The notes beneath the pieces were generated by a model. The model saw only the letters and a list, made by a program, of their open reading frames with translations. It ran no database searches and had not been told where the DNA came from. Shown piece after piece: positions 9,672 to 19,312 of a DNA stretch of 64,000 nucleotides. A program made the translations under genes and the position numbers. Every line of letters begins with the position of its first letter. The first letter of the stretch is position 1. Origin of the DNA: an uncultured Lachnospiraceae bacterium (GTDB taxonomy: Bacteria > Bacillota > Clostridia > Lachnospirales > Lachnospiraceae); assembly GCA_947383945.1 (NCBI GenBank), contig CANDFH010000005.1, positions 22,791-86,790 on the forward strand, in the 5' to 3' direction.

Positions 9672-10559
9672 CTACCCTTTTATTCCCGATGTGGACATCG
9701 TCTCAATGACATTGCTCTGAGATACTACAAACACGCCGACTGGAACAACAAGCATAACCAAAGATACTGCGGATGCGACGCCGGTTCTTGCAATACCGCC
9801 GCTGACCAGCTGCGAGAGCACATAACTCAACGGTTTTAATTCCTCAGAATAGATAAAGATACCGCCCGTCGTCCCCCACATCTGCTGGAATGAGAAAATA
9901 ATCAGTGTAATCCATGCTGGCTTACACAGCGGCATAACAACCTTCCAATAAGTCTGAAATTCTGTCGCGCCGTCAATCTTCGCCGCCTCAATCATTGCGT
10001 CCGGCACCTGCACCATAAAGTTTTTCATCAGGTAAAGACCAAGAGTGCCGCCGACTGCCGGGAGAATTACAGCCCAGTAGCTATCGATCAAGTGCAGCGC
10101 GCTCATAATCAGATAGTTTGGAATCGCAGTTACCGAGGCGGAAAACATAAGTGCATAGACAATCAAATTGCTCATAAATTCCGAACCTGGAAATTTATAT
10201 TTTGCAATCGGAAACGCTGCCATGGAACCGAGCAGCACTGTTCCGAATGTACCGATTCCCGTAATTAACAGAGTGTTGAACGCATACCGTGAAAATGGAA
10301 TTGCAAAGCTCTCAATAATTGTTGCAAGATCGACAAAGTTGTCTGTGGTGGGGTTATCGACCATCAGCCGCGGCGGAAAGATAAAAATTTCGCTGAACGG
10401 CTTAAATGCACTTGTTATTGTATACAGCAGCGGGAAAAGACTGAAGATGCCGAAAATTCCAAGAATAATGATAAGGGCAGCATCTCCGCCGACGCTCCGG
10501 TTTCTCCGCTTGAATTTCCGGCTCACCAGCTTCTTTTTAATAAATCGAAATAATTTCAT
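9672..10559 (-). CDS. Sugar ABC transporter permease (MalG/LplC-like)
   Basis: Motif AAKIDGATEFQTYWKVVMPLCKPAW; 6 TM. Confidence 0.8.
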   Translation of the reverse strand: MKLFRFIKKKLVSRKFKRRNRSVGGDAALIIILGIFGIFSLFPLLYTITSAFKPFSEIFIFPPRLMVDNPTTDNFVDLATIIESFAIPFSRYAFNTLLITGIGTFGTVLLGSMAAFPIAKYKFPGSEFMSNLIVYALMFSASVTAIPNYLIMSALHLIDSYWAVILPAVGGTLGLYLMKNFMVQVPDAMIEAAKIDGATEFQTYWKVVMPLCKPAWITLIIFSFQQMWGTTGGIFIYSEELKPLSYVLSQLVSGGIARTGVASAVSLVMLVVPVGVFVVSQSNVIETMSTSGIKG

Positions 10560-10568
10560 AGCGGCCTC

Positions 10569-11561
10569 CTATCCAAGTTTTCTTAACAGCTTCTGTACAA
10601 GCACGTTGCAGATTAACATAATACAGAATAAAATTACTGCAATCGTACATGCATATCCCAATTCGTAGCGGATATTACCAAAGTCATGCAAATGCGTCAA
10701 AATCGTATGCCCGGCGTAATTTGGTGACGGAAAACCAACAAGGTCGATGGAGAGCTGTGACACAGACAGAGAACTTGTAATCTGCATAACCGCACCAAAC
10801 ATCAACTGTGGCTTCATACATGGCAGAGTGATATACCAAAGTTCCTGCCAACGGTTTTTAATACCTTCAACCGCAGCTGCCTCATAGAGTGATTGATCCA
10901 TATTCTGCAAACCTGCGATAAAGGTCAAAAAGCTGATACCAAGGCTTAACCACAGCTGCACAACAATCAGGATTGGCATAATATAACCTTCTGTCTGCAG
11001 CCACAAAATCGCCTCGCTTGTAAGTCCAAGTTTCATCATCCAGGCGTTTGCCCACCCGTAAGTATCCGATGAAAATAAGAGTTTCCATACCAAGTACGCA
11101 TTACCTGAAATGGACGGCGCATAAAATACAAGCGTCATTATTGCGCGCGGAATGCGCGGAAGATCGTTGACAACCCACGCGAAAAGAAAACACATAATAT
11201 AGCTGACTGGTCCTGTGATAATCGCAAACACAAGCGTGTTTTTTACCGCCGTCAAGAAAATTGGATCGTAGACAATCAGCTTAATATAGTTTGCAAAACC
11301 GATAAATTCCGGCGCCTCCACCATATCGAAGGAGGTGAGGGAAAGTATCATCGAAATCACCACCGGCAGGAATGTAAAAACAACAAAGATGATGGCGAAC
11401 GGTGCAATCATCATATATTTATATTTGTGCCTTCTCCATACGGAGGAAAATTTCCTGTCTTGGGATAATTTTTCCTGCACAGACGCTTCCATTGCAGAAA
11501 CAGCTCCTCCCTGTTCGGAAACTTTCCCCATTGGGGAAATTGTTTTTTTCTGTTTTCCCAC
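10569..11561 (-). CDS. Sugar ABC transporter permease (MalF/LplB-like)
   Basis: Motif EAAAVEGIKNRWQELWYITLPCMKPQLMF; 6 TM. Confidence 0.8.
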   Translation of the reverse strand: MGKQKKTISPMGKVSEQGGAVSAMEASVQEKLSQDRKFSSVWRRHKYKYMMIAPFAIIFVVFTFLPVVISMILSLTSFDMVEAPEFIGFANYIKLIVYDPIFLTAVKNTLVFAIITGPVSYIMCFLFAWVVNDLPRIPRAIMTLVFYAPSISGNAYLVWKLLFSSDTYGWANAWMMKLGLTSEAILWLQTEGYIMPILIVVQLWLSLGISFLTFIAGLQNMDQSLYEAAAVEGIKNRWQELWYITLPCMKPQLMFGAVMQITSSLSVSQLSIDLVGFPSPNYAGHTILTHLHDFGNIRYELGYACTIAVILFCIMLICNVLVQKLLRKLG

Positions 11562-11576
11562 AATTATCCCTCCTTC

Positions 11577-14468
11577 CTATTTTGTATAGCTCAAGTGCAG
11601 TTCTTCGCGCTTCCTGGTTAGTTCCTCGTTGATCGATTTGATATTCAAATACAAAGTCTCACGCGGATTAGCATTTTTTGCCACCACATCGTTAAACGCA
11701 TACTGTACCATACGTGTTGTCATATAATTTCCTGGTACTGCCTCAATACCGATCGTTGCCTCAAACTGAGAAAGCAGGGAACTAAGCTCTGCATTGCTCC
11801 ATGGAAGCTGACGCAATACTTCTGGATCTGCTGCCGAATATCTCGCTGCCGTACCCATCAAAGCTTCAAGAGAATTCGCAAACGAAAGCTGTGCGTCGGT
11901 TCCTGTCCACCACTTGACAAACTCCCATGCTGCTTCCTGCTTTTTGCTCTGCGCCATAATTACAGTAGCTACGGTATCCACAACAAAACTGTGATCGATG
12001 GTTCCATCCGCTTTCTTTGTCCCAAGCATTGGAGCAAAGGTCCAGCGCCCCTTAATCTCCGGCGCAAAGATTTCAAGCTGGTTAAATGTATTGTAGGTAA
12101 TCACGCCGATTGGCACTTCCCCTGTTCGGAAACGGTTTGTAAAGTCCACCTGCACTTCCATGCCATAACCGGTATAAAAATCAGTAAAATCTTTAAATGC
12201 CTCCATCGCTGCATCGGATTCCAGCGCGCTGACAATACCGTAGTCCTTTCCCTCTCCGCCGTAAGCGTCGCCGCCATTCTGGAATACCATGGAAAAATAC
12301 AGGTTGATATATCCAGCATTCTGCTGTACGTTTGGTATGTAGGCATTGTAATTGTTTTTCTGAAGTACCGGGAGCATCTCCAAAAATTCCGTCCATGTCT
12401 GCGGTATGGAAAGTCCCAGAGAATCAAGAATATCTGTTCTCGCAAACACCATCATAAAGTTCGCCTGCTCTGGAATGCCGTACACGCCGCCCTGGAAACT
12501 TGTTGAATCCAGTGTGCTCTTATAAAAACGCCCTGCGATCTCCTCATAACCCGGCAGAGAAGAAAGCTCCGACACCGCGTTACGCATTGCAAAATCCTGC
12601 AGCGTAGACTGTCCAAGTCCAATTACGACATCCGGTCCATTTCCTGCCAAGGCAGCACGCAGCACAACGTCAACTGGAATCAGCTGAAGATTTACAGAAA
12701 TATTATGTTCCGGCGTAAAGGTCTCATCAATCTGATTCTGGATAATCTGAGCCTGCTCACGTCCAAACGACGCCATCCAGACTTTGATGGAATTGCTGCC
12801 TGATACATCCTCCTCCGTAATCTGGTTTGTGCTGTAGAAGAATGTTGAGAAAAATCGAACTACACTGTTTGCTGCCCCCTTAAAAAATCCCTGTTTTGCG
12901 GCAGGCAATTTGCTGTCCGGTTTTGATAAAAGGATGCTGTCCACCTCAAGCGGCATATTGGCAACATTGACAAGCCAGGTTGCAATCGCGGAAATATTAT
13001 TTTTAAACTGATTTAATTCCTCGATCACGCTCTCAGGATCTTTTGCCAGCCATTCTGCCTCCATCGCCATCTTTTCAAGCAAACTGGTGTTCTCACCTTT
13101 TTCTCCTGTGATCGCAACAATCGCATCAATCGCAGCGTAAAGATTCTCGCTCTCGCTCTTTAAATTCGCAACAAAATTCGGAAGTTTTTTTGCAATTTCA
13201 TAATCAATAAATTTATTTGGAGACTGCCCAGTCAGCTGAACTACCGAAAGGTATGTTTCATTCAGCACAGAAAGACTTTCCTCAATCTGACTGATAATTC
13301 CGCCCATAGGACCCATTACGTCCTCCAAAGTAATCGTGTTCTCACCTGCGTTTAAATAGAACAGATAAGGTTCACCTGCTTCGTCGGAAATTGTATACAT
13401 ATTCATATCGCTGCTATAATTAAAGCCGACGCTATTCACTTCTTTATACGGAACTTCCTCATTGATATAAAGTCTGCGGTAACTTGTAACACCGCGGTTT
13501 AAATTCTGTCTGCCCTTGACGGTCAGCTCATACAGTCCCGCTTCCGGCACTTCAACCCTCCATGTAATGGATTCACCCGGCAGCGCCCAGCTTGATGCGC
13601 CGATGGTATTGTACACAATATAGTACGGATGGTACGGCTCCAACAGCGTATCGGAATAATTCTTTTGAATATTGATCGAAGTGGAACTCTTGTAAATCGC
13701 TTTTGTGTTTTCCGTCGCACGCTCCGCCTGGCATATAATGTTTTCGCCGCCATACACTGGATACTGTGCTTTCAGCTCTTCAATTTTTTCTGTGTAAGTT
13801 TTTAGTTCCGGCGCTGCCGTAAATCGCAGCGAAGTATATTCCAACGGTTCTTTTGTCACATCAAACGTGATTGTATGTTTTCCCGCTGTAAGGAAGAAGA
13901 TCAGAGGTTCATTGTTGCGCCTGTTATAGTCCTCCACAAACCAGCTTGTATTGTGGTATATTTCATAAGCTCCCGGTCTGATCTCATTTTTATTTTTCAG
14001 TTTAATTTCTTCATCGGACCACCATCTCTTGATCACGACGCGCGCTAGATCTTCATAAGGGAGCTCCCCGTCAATCAAAATTTTTCTCTGAATGTCTGAG
14101 GTGGTTCCTGGAAGAGCAATGTATCCTAACTCCAGGTTATAAAAACCTGCTTCCGCCACATCAAACTCCCATGTAATCTGTCCCGTGTCCCCAGTCATAA
14201 TCCCTTCTAGACCAACTGTGACCTCGCAGTCTGCGGACGCAGTGTAGCGGTTTAAATCAATCTCCACTGTCTGTCCTGACATTCTGCCATCGTATCCATT
14301 GCTTTTCAGGTAGTTCTCGTAGCTCGACTCGTAGATCGTTTCAGAGTTTGCTGATGTCGCATAGATGTTTCCGTCTTTTCCTGAAACGATAAGGATAACT
14401 GCTATGAGCGCAACGAGCACAACCACCGCAATGATACGGATTCCCCTTTTCTTTTTCTTGTCTTTCAT
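11577..14468 (-). CDS. Membrane-anchored fusion protein: N-terminal TM, two tandem CBM-like beta-sandwich repeats, and a C-terminal family-1 extracellular solute-binding domain
   Basis: Internal repeats ITWEFDVAEAGFYNLELGY...IDGELPYEDL and ITWRVEVPEAGLYELTVKG...INEEVPYKEV; C-terminal about 450 aa are SBP_bac_1-like (KVWMASFGREQ...); 963 aa. Confidence 0.6.
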   Translation of the reverse strand: MKDKKKKRGIRIIAVVVLVALIAVILIVSGKDGNIYATSANSETIYESSYENYLKSNGYDGRMSGQTVEIDLNRYTASADCEVTVGLEGIMTGDTGQITWEFDVAEAGFYNLELGYIALPGTTSDIQRKILIDGELPYEDLARVVIKRWWSDEEIKLKNKNEIRPGAYEIYHNTSWFVEDYNRRNNEPLIFFLTAGKHTITFDVTKEPLEYTSLRFTAAPELKTYTEKIEELKAQYPVYGGENIICQAERATENTKAIYKSSTSINIQKNYSDTLLEPYHPYYIVYNTIGASSWALPGESITWRVEVPEAGLYELTVKGRQNLNRGVTSYRRLYINEEVPYKEVNSVGFNYSSDMNMYTISDEAGEPYLFYLNAGENTITLEDVMGPMGGIISQIEESLSVLNETYLSVVQLTGQSPNKFIDYEIAKKLPNFVANLKSESENLYAAIDAIVAITGEKGENTSLLEKMAMEAEWLAKDPESVIEELNQFKNNISAIATWLVNVANMPLEVDSILLSKPDSKLPAAKQGFFKGAANSVVRFFSTFFYSTNQITEEDVSGSNSIKVWMASFGREQAQIIQNQIDETFTPEHNISVNLQLIPVDVVLRAALAGNGPDVVIGLGQSTLQDFAMRNAVSELSSLPGYEEIAGRFYKSTLDSTSFQGGVYGIPEQANFMMVFARTDILDSLGLSIPQTWTEFLEMLPVLQKNNYNAYIPNVQQNAGYINLYFSMVFQNGGDAYGGEGKDYGIVSALESDAAMEAFKDFTDFYTGYGMEVQVDFTNRFRTGEVPIGVITYNTFNQLEIFAPEIKGRWTFAPMLGTKKADGTIDHSFVVDTVATVIMAQSKKQEAAWEFVKWWTGTDAQLSFANSLEALMGTAARYSAADPEVLRQLPWSNAELSSLLSQFEATIGIEAVPGNYMTTRMVQYAFNDVVAKNANPRETLYLNIKSINEELTRKREELHLSYTK

Positions 14469-14588
14469 AGGTGATTTCCTTTCGATGCAGGGCAGCGGCC
14501 AAATGGCTGCCCTTCCCTACCTGACTTGCTGCATACTTGTACTCTATTTTGTTATTTTATAGAATACAAGACTAATTTCAGAGTACAG

Positions 14589-14619
14589 GAAGGCAGGAAG
14601 ACCGTAGTCCCCTGCCTTC
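14589..14619. other. Intra-operon GC-rich hairpin between the SBP gene and the fusion-protein gene (possible partial attenuator)
   Basis: GAAGGCAGG-N13-CCTGCCTTC followed by a T-run on the plus strand. Confidence 0.3.
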
Positions 14620-14652
14620 TTGTTGTTTTTCCTACTTAAGTTGTCATCAAAT

Positions 14653-16791
14653 CTACTCTGCTGCCACAACCTCTACAGCAACGGTTACGCTTCCGGTATT
14701 GCCCGCATAGTCTGTCACAGTAAGAACAACATTGTAAGTTCCTGCTGTTGTTGTATCAAGTTCAGAAAGATCAGCGGCAACCGTATCTTTTACATCAATA
14801 TTATCCGCATCCACAGCAGATTCAATATAATCCTTCCAGTTGATTGTCGTAGTATCTGTATCAAGTGCAACGGTTGGAAGTTCTGCTTTTGCAGTAACCG
14901 TAGGAGCCGTTGTATTGTTTGGATTGTAGACAATAACTTTAATCTTCTTGCTGCCTGTGTTGCCTGCCGCATCGGAAATCTTTGCCTCCACCGCATCGCC
15001 GTAAGAACCAGGCGTTGCGAAATCTACGGAATCAGAAACGCTGTACTCTGCCTTTGTCATATCAAGCTCGCCGTCCACACTGTCCTTTGCTGTAAAGTGC
15101 TCGCTCCAAACAATTGTCGATGGGTCGGTGCCTGCCGCAAAGACTGCTGTCGAACCGTCAACTGCCGGCGGCTGGTTGTCATGTACTTCATTCGATGCAA
15201 GAATCGATTCCATATTGCTTGTAACATTGGTAAAGAGATTCATATTTGCCTTAACTGCAACATCGTAAGAACTCATACCTTCCAAACCGTACAGGGACTT
15301 TCCGATTACTTTATCCCAAGTCTCACGGATACCAAGAAGGTCGCTGTAATCATTGACAAGTTTGTCTCCGATTGCAAGGAAGCACTCAAGAATCTTATCA
15401 CCGTACTCTTCATGGAATACGTCCATTCCCATATCTCTAAGCTGTGTAAGCGCGCTTTCCTCTTTGTATTTTACCACAGAATCAACGCCGCCAAGAGCTT
15501 TGTAATATTCCGTCCAGTAAACTGCGTAAGCTTTCAGCGCAAGTTCTGTCTTTTCCGGGCTGACACCCTTTAACACACCAACGGAGTCGCCAAGCGTAAT
15601 CGCCTGTGAATATTCCGGGTCATCAATGCTTAAAGAATCTTCTCTTGGCCACGGAACAATACCAATAATCTCACCGCGGTCTGCTGCGGAGGAAGCTACG
15701 CCGCCAATCCACCAGTCAGGGCAGTCTGTAAATACACATGCGCCCGCGCCAAAGTCGGATGCTGCTGTTGTCCATTGTGGTGTAAAGCCATCATCATAAA
15801 CACCAGGGTCTACCATAAGCTTCTTCTCAAAAAGATCTTCAATGTACTGCACCCCTTTAATGGACGCTTCGGAATCTGGCTCAAGACCGGAATTGCCATA
15901 AATTGCACCGCCTGCCGAATACATTGCAGAAAGACCAGCAAAACGATGATCGGTTTCATAAGCCTGAATCGTATCATACACTGTACCGTCCGGTGCTGCG
16001 GTGTTTGCATAATAAGCCTGAATCTTTGTCAGATAATCGGTAAATGTACTCCATGTCCAAGTTCCGTTCAAATAGTGATCCATCGGAGTGATTGTCTTGC
16101 CGTTCGCATCCTTTAAGGAATCTACTTTCTCGATCATAGAGATATTAAAGATCAGCGGCCAGCGCTGCTTATAGCGGATAACATTAGACATCAGGTAGTT
16201 GTGTCCATACAACTTATCATAGAACATCCATGATGTCTCTTCACCCTCGAATATGTAAGCATAATTATCCAGCTGCTGCAGTACGTTCTGCGCGAGAACT
16301 GTACCTTCCGCGCCGCCCCAGATCAGAGCAAGGTCACAGACCGGATTGCCTGCAAGCACACTTGTCATCAGCTCTTCTGTTGTATTTGCACTGTACTGGA
16401 TAAATTCAAATTCAACATTTAACTGTTCCTTCACCGCAGCAAGTGCAGCAAGCGCAGCCTGTCTCTCCGTTTCCTTCATCGTATAGTCGCCGGAAACCTC
16501 ATCCACATGATTTGGGTCAAGATCATTTACCCAGTGCGTACCATAACGAATTACCACCGGATCTCCCTGCGGTACATTTGCCTCCTCCGTCGGTGTTGGC
16601 TCAGCCTCCCCGGTCGGTTCCGTTGCCTCGGTCGGTGTCGGTGTAGGCGTCGGCTCTGTAGTTCCCTGTGTAGGGGACGCCGCCTGTGTAGGGGTCGGGG
16701 TAGGCTCTTTTTCATCACCACCGCCGCAGGCGGTCATGCTGGCTGCCATACACGCACTCATCAGCAATGCGCCAAGCTGTTTTTTTCTCAT
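14653..16791 (-). CDS. Lipoprotein ABC transporter solute-binding protein with two C-terminal Ig-like (DUF5011-type) domains
   Basis: Start trimmed to MRKKQLGALLMSACMAASMTACGGG (lipobox; RBS AGGAGG 8 nt upstream); PT-rich linker; SBP-type core; C-terminal motif TYNVVLTVTDYAGNTGSVTVAVEV. Confidence 0.7.
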   Translation of the reverse strand: MRKKQLGALLMSACMAASMTACGGGDEKEPTPTPTQAASPTQGTTEPTPTPTPTEATEPTGEAEPTPTEEANVPQGDPVVIRYGTHWVNDLDPNHVDEVSGDYTMKETERQAALAALAAVKEQLNVEFEFIQYSANTTEELMTSVLAGNPVCDLALIWGGAEGTVLAQNVLQQLDNYAYIFEGEETSWMFYDKLYGHNYLMSNVIRYKQRWPLIFNISMIEKVDSLKDANGKTITPMDHYLNGTWTWSTFTDYLTKIQAYYANTAAPDGTVYDTIQAYETDHRFAGLSAMYSAGGAIYGNSGLEPDSEASIKGVQYIEDLFEKKLMVDPGVYDDGFTPQWTTAASDFGAGACVFTDCPDWWIGGVASSAADRGEIIGIVPWPREDSLSIDDPEYSQAITLGDSVGVLKGVSPEKTELALKAYAVYWTEYYKALGGVDSVVKYKEESALTQLRDMGMDVFHEEYGDKILECFLAIGDKLVNDYSDLLGIRETWDKVIGKSLYGLEGMSSYDVAVKANMNLFTNVTSNMESILASNEVHDNQPPAVDGSTAVFAAGTDPSTIVWSEHFTAKDSVDGELDMTKAEYSVSDSVDFATPGSYGDAVEAKISDAAGNTGSKKIKVIVYNPNNTTAPTVTAKAELPTVALDTDTTTINWKDYIESAVDADNIDVKDTVAADLSELDTTTAGTYNVVLTVTDYAGNTGSVTVAVEVVAAE

Positions 16792-16846
16792 ATTACCTTC
16801 CTCCTTTAATTCAAACATAAAATATATTATTCGGTAATTTTCTCTT

Positions 16847-16862
16847 TTGCAACCGATTTCAT
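16847..16862. promoter_or_regulatory. cre/LacI-family operator-like palindrome (TTGCAACCGATTTCAT) upstream of the ABC operon
   Basis: Matches the WTGNAANCGNWNNCW cre consensus; 56 nt upstream of the SBP start. Confidence 0.5.
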
Positions 16863-16906
16863 AATTATATTATAAGCGTTATGCACAGTTTTTGTCAACT
16901 TTATTT

Positions 16907-16922
16907 TTGTAACCGATTACAT
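16907..16922. promoter_or_regulatory. Second cre/LacI-family operator-like palindrome (TTGTAACCGATTACAT)
   Basis: Near-perfect palindrome that matches the cre consensus; 116 nt upstream of the SBP start. Confidence 0.5.
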
Positions 16923-17131
16923 AATTGTTATTTCTGCATAATTATAGCCGCTTATTTTATACAATTTGCACAAAATAAGCGGCTATAATTTATACAAAAC
17001 AATGTTTTTTCGTCAGGGCATAAAATTTTTGATATATACAAGCAATAAAAAAGTTACTTGCAGGCACTCGCCGCGCTTAAATTAAAAATTTCTTGTTTTA
17101 CCAGCGGCACATAAATTCGCTTGTTTTTATT

Positions 17132-18883
17132 TCAGCCGACATCCGGCTCGTCACGAAGCGTAATTGTCTCAGAAACCTTGCCCTCCGTCTCAAATAAAAT
17201 AATCTCATTTCTGCCCATTTTCAGCAGCGGCGCTGGAATGTACAGACGCTTCTGAGGTCCAATTTCCCAGAACCGCCCCAAATTAAAACCGTTTAAAAAT
17301 GCACAGCCTTTTCCCCATCCTTCAAAATCAAGGAATGTATCGCCCGCTTCATCCACCGTAAAAGAAAACCGATAAAATGCAGGGGTATTTTCTTGATAAT
17401 CGCGCGAGAAATCAATATGATCCACATTGTCAAGCGGAAGCGTGTACTGCTGCCAGTTATTGTGAATATGCCCGTTAATCTGAACACAGTGATCGATCCC
17501 TTTGCGCTGTAATTCCATATAAGGTCCAAAGTTGACACGCCCCATATTTTCCACAAGAATGTCAATCTGAGAATCCTTTTTTAACGGCAGCGGCTTCGCA
17601 AATTTTTTCTCCTCCAAAAGCTCCCTGTCATAGAGTGTGGCAATGAACTGCTTGTCGACAAAAAGACTTGCTCTGTCATTTGCGCGCCACAGCTTAATCC
17701 TCTCTATACTCTCCTCTGTCGCAAGCGGTGAGCGATATAAAATATATCCGTAACCCTGCCCAAGTTTCTCCATTGACTGCGTGTACGGACTTTCCACCGG
17801 ACAGCTGATATCATCCAGCACAGAAAACAGACTGACCTTTTCTTCCACCTCAAGTTTTCCATAGGCTTTGCGGGCAATCTTTGTCGTCAGTTCCACCTTA
17901 GGCACAGGCGCGTGTTTTGCTATTACTTCCTGATAGCGCTTATACTTTTCTGTGATCTGCCCATCTTCTGTCAAAAGCCCATCGTAATCGTAGGAAGTTA
18001 CATCCGGCGTCAGTTTATCATAATAGTTTGAACCGTTCATAAATCCAAAGTTTGTTCCGCCCTCAAACATATAGATATTGACATTGCCAAGCTCCAGCAT
18101 TTTGTCAAGATCTGCAACGCTCTCTTCCAGATTTCCCCGCATATGACCGCCGTTGCCCCAATGGTCAAACCAACCGACCCAAAATTCAGTACACATCAAC
18201 GGACCGCCGTCCGTGTAGCGAGAAAGCAGTGAAAACCTTTCTTCTGTCTTAGAACCAAAATTTCCTGTTGGCAGCACGCCAGGAAGTTTCCCTGCATTCA
18301 TGCTCTCTGGATACGGACCGTCGGAAGTCACAAGCGGAACATCAATTCCACCTTCTGCCATAAGCTTTTTCATCTCCTGCATATAGGCTGTATCTGTTGC
18401 ATAGTATCCGTATTCATTTTCCACTTGCATCAAAATCACTGGTCCGCCATGCGTGATCTGCAATGGGATAAGCTTCGGCAGCAAAATATTGTAATATTCC
18501 TTTACATGTTTTAAAAACGGGGCATAACTTGTACGCAGCTTCATGCCATCTTCCGCCAAAAGCCAAGCTGGAAGTCCTCCAAATTCCCACTCTGCGCAGA
18601 TATAAGGAGATGGCCGCAAAATCACATAAAGTCCAAGTGCCTCCGCCTCTTTTACAAACGCTGCAACATCCAGTATTCCATCAAACTTAAACTCTCCTTT
18701 TTTCGGTTCGTGCATATTCCATGGAATATAAGTTTCTACTGTGTTGCAGCCCATTGCCTTTAATTTTTCCAACCGATCTTTCCAATATTCCGGCACAGTT
18801 CGAAAGTAATGAAATGCCCCGGAAATAATTTTAAACGGCTGACTGTCCAGATAAAAATTGTCCTTAATTTCAAACTTACCCAA
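17132..18883 (-). CDS. Beta-galactosidase, glycoside hydrolase family 35
   Basis: GH35 signature GGPVILMQVENEYG with upstream YIPWNMHEP; 583 aa. Confidence 0.9.
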   Translation of the reverse strand: MGKFEIKDNFYLDSQPFKIISGAFHYFRTVPEYWKDRLEKLKAMGCNTVETYIPWNMHEPKKGEFKFDGILDVAAFVKEAEALGLYVILRPSPYICAEWEFGGLPAWLLAEDGMKLRTSYAPFLKHVKEYYNILLPKLIPLQITHGGPVILMQVENEYGYYATDTAYMQEMKKLMAEGGIDVPLVTSDGPYPESMNAGKLPGVLPTGNFGSKTEERFSLLSRYTDGGPLMCTEFWVGWFDHWGNGGHMRGNLEESVADLDKMLELGNVNIYMFEGGTNFGFMNGSNYYDKLTPDVTSYDYDGLLTEDGQITEKYKRYQEVIAKHAPVPKVELTTKIARKAYGKLEVEEKVSLFSVLDDISCPVESPYTQSMEKLGQGYGYILYRSPLATEESIERIKLWRANDRASLFVDKQFIATLYDRELLEEKKFAKPLPLKKDSQIDILVENMGRVNFGPYMELQRKGIDHCVQINGHIHNNWQQYTLPLDNVDHIDFSRDYQENTPAFYRFSFTVDEAGDTFLDFEGWGKGCAFLNGFNLGRFWEIGPQKRLYIPAPLLKMGRNEIILFETEGKVSETITLRDEPDVG

Positions 18884-18967
18884 TTACAAGTCCCCCTTTT
18901 CTATGGTTCTTTATAAAATCAATCATTGCCCGATTTCTCTTTGTCATAATTCCGTCAAAACGACCTT

Positions 18968-18983
18968 TTGAAATCGATTTCAT
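18968..18983. promoter_or_regulatory. Perfect palindromic cre/LacI-type operator (TTGAAATCGATTTCAT) upstream of the GH35 gene
   Basis: TGAAATC/GATTTCA is a perfect 14-bp palindrome, 85 nt upstream of the GH35 start. Confidence 0.55.
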
Positions 18984-19267
18984 TTTCTTTTATTTTACAC
19001 TTATCACGATGATTTCGTCAATCCATTTTTAATATCTTGTTATTTTTTCAGCACAATTATCGAATTTTTTCTTAATTTTTTATGCAATATCTACAAAACC
19101 AAATTACTTGTTGTATCACTTACACACTGCTTTCGCGATATATTTCTTTATGCATAAATATTCTAAAGTTTATGTAATCAAGTAGAGAAGATTCCTCTTC
19201 TCCCTACTCGCGCGCCAGACACCCGTCAGCTTCTGCTGACAAATTTTACTTGGGTACCCGTGTGCAT

Positions 19268-19306
19268 AAAAAGAGTGTGGCTGCAACCCACAGCCGCACT
19301 CTTTTT
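19268..19306. terminator. Bidirectional rho-independent terminator downstream of the LacI-family gene
   Basis: AAAAAGAGTGTGGCTG-loop-CAGCCGCACTCTTTTT; 16-bp stem with A/T runs in the arms. Confidence 0.6.
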
Positions 19307-19312
19307 ACACAA

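Noticed and set aside
14620-15573. Plus-strand 317-aa Cys-rich ORF
   Set aside because: It lies entirely antisense within the SBP gene, has no RBS, and has low-complexity composition.
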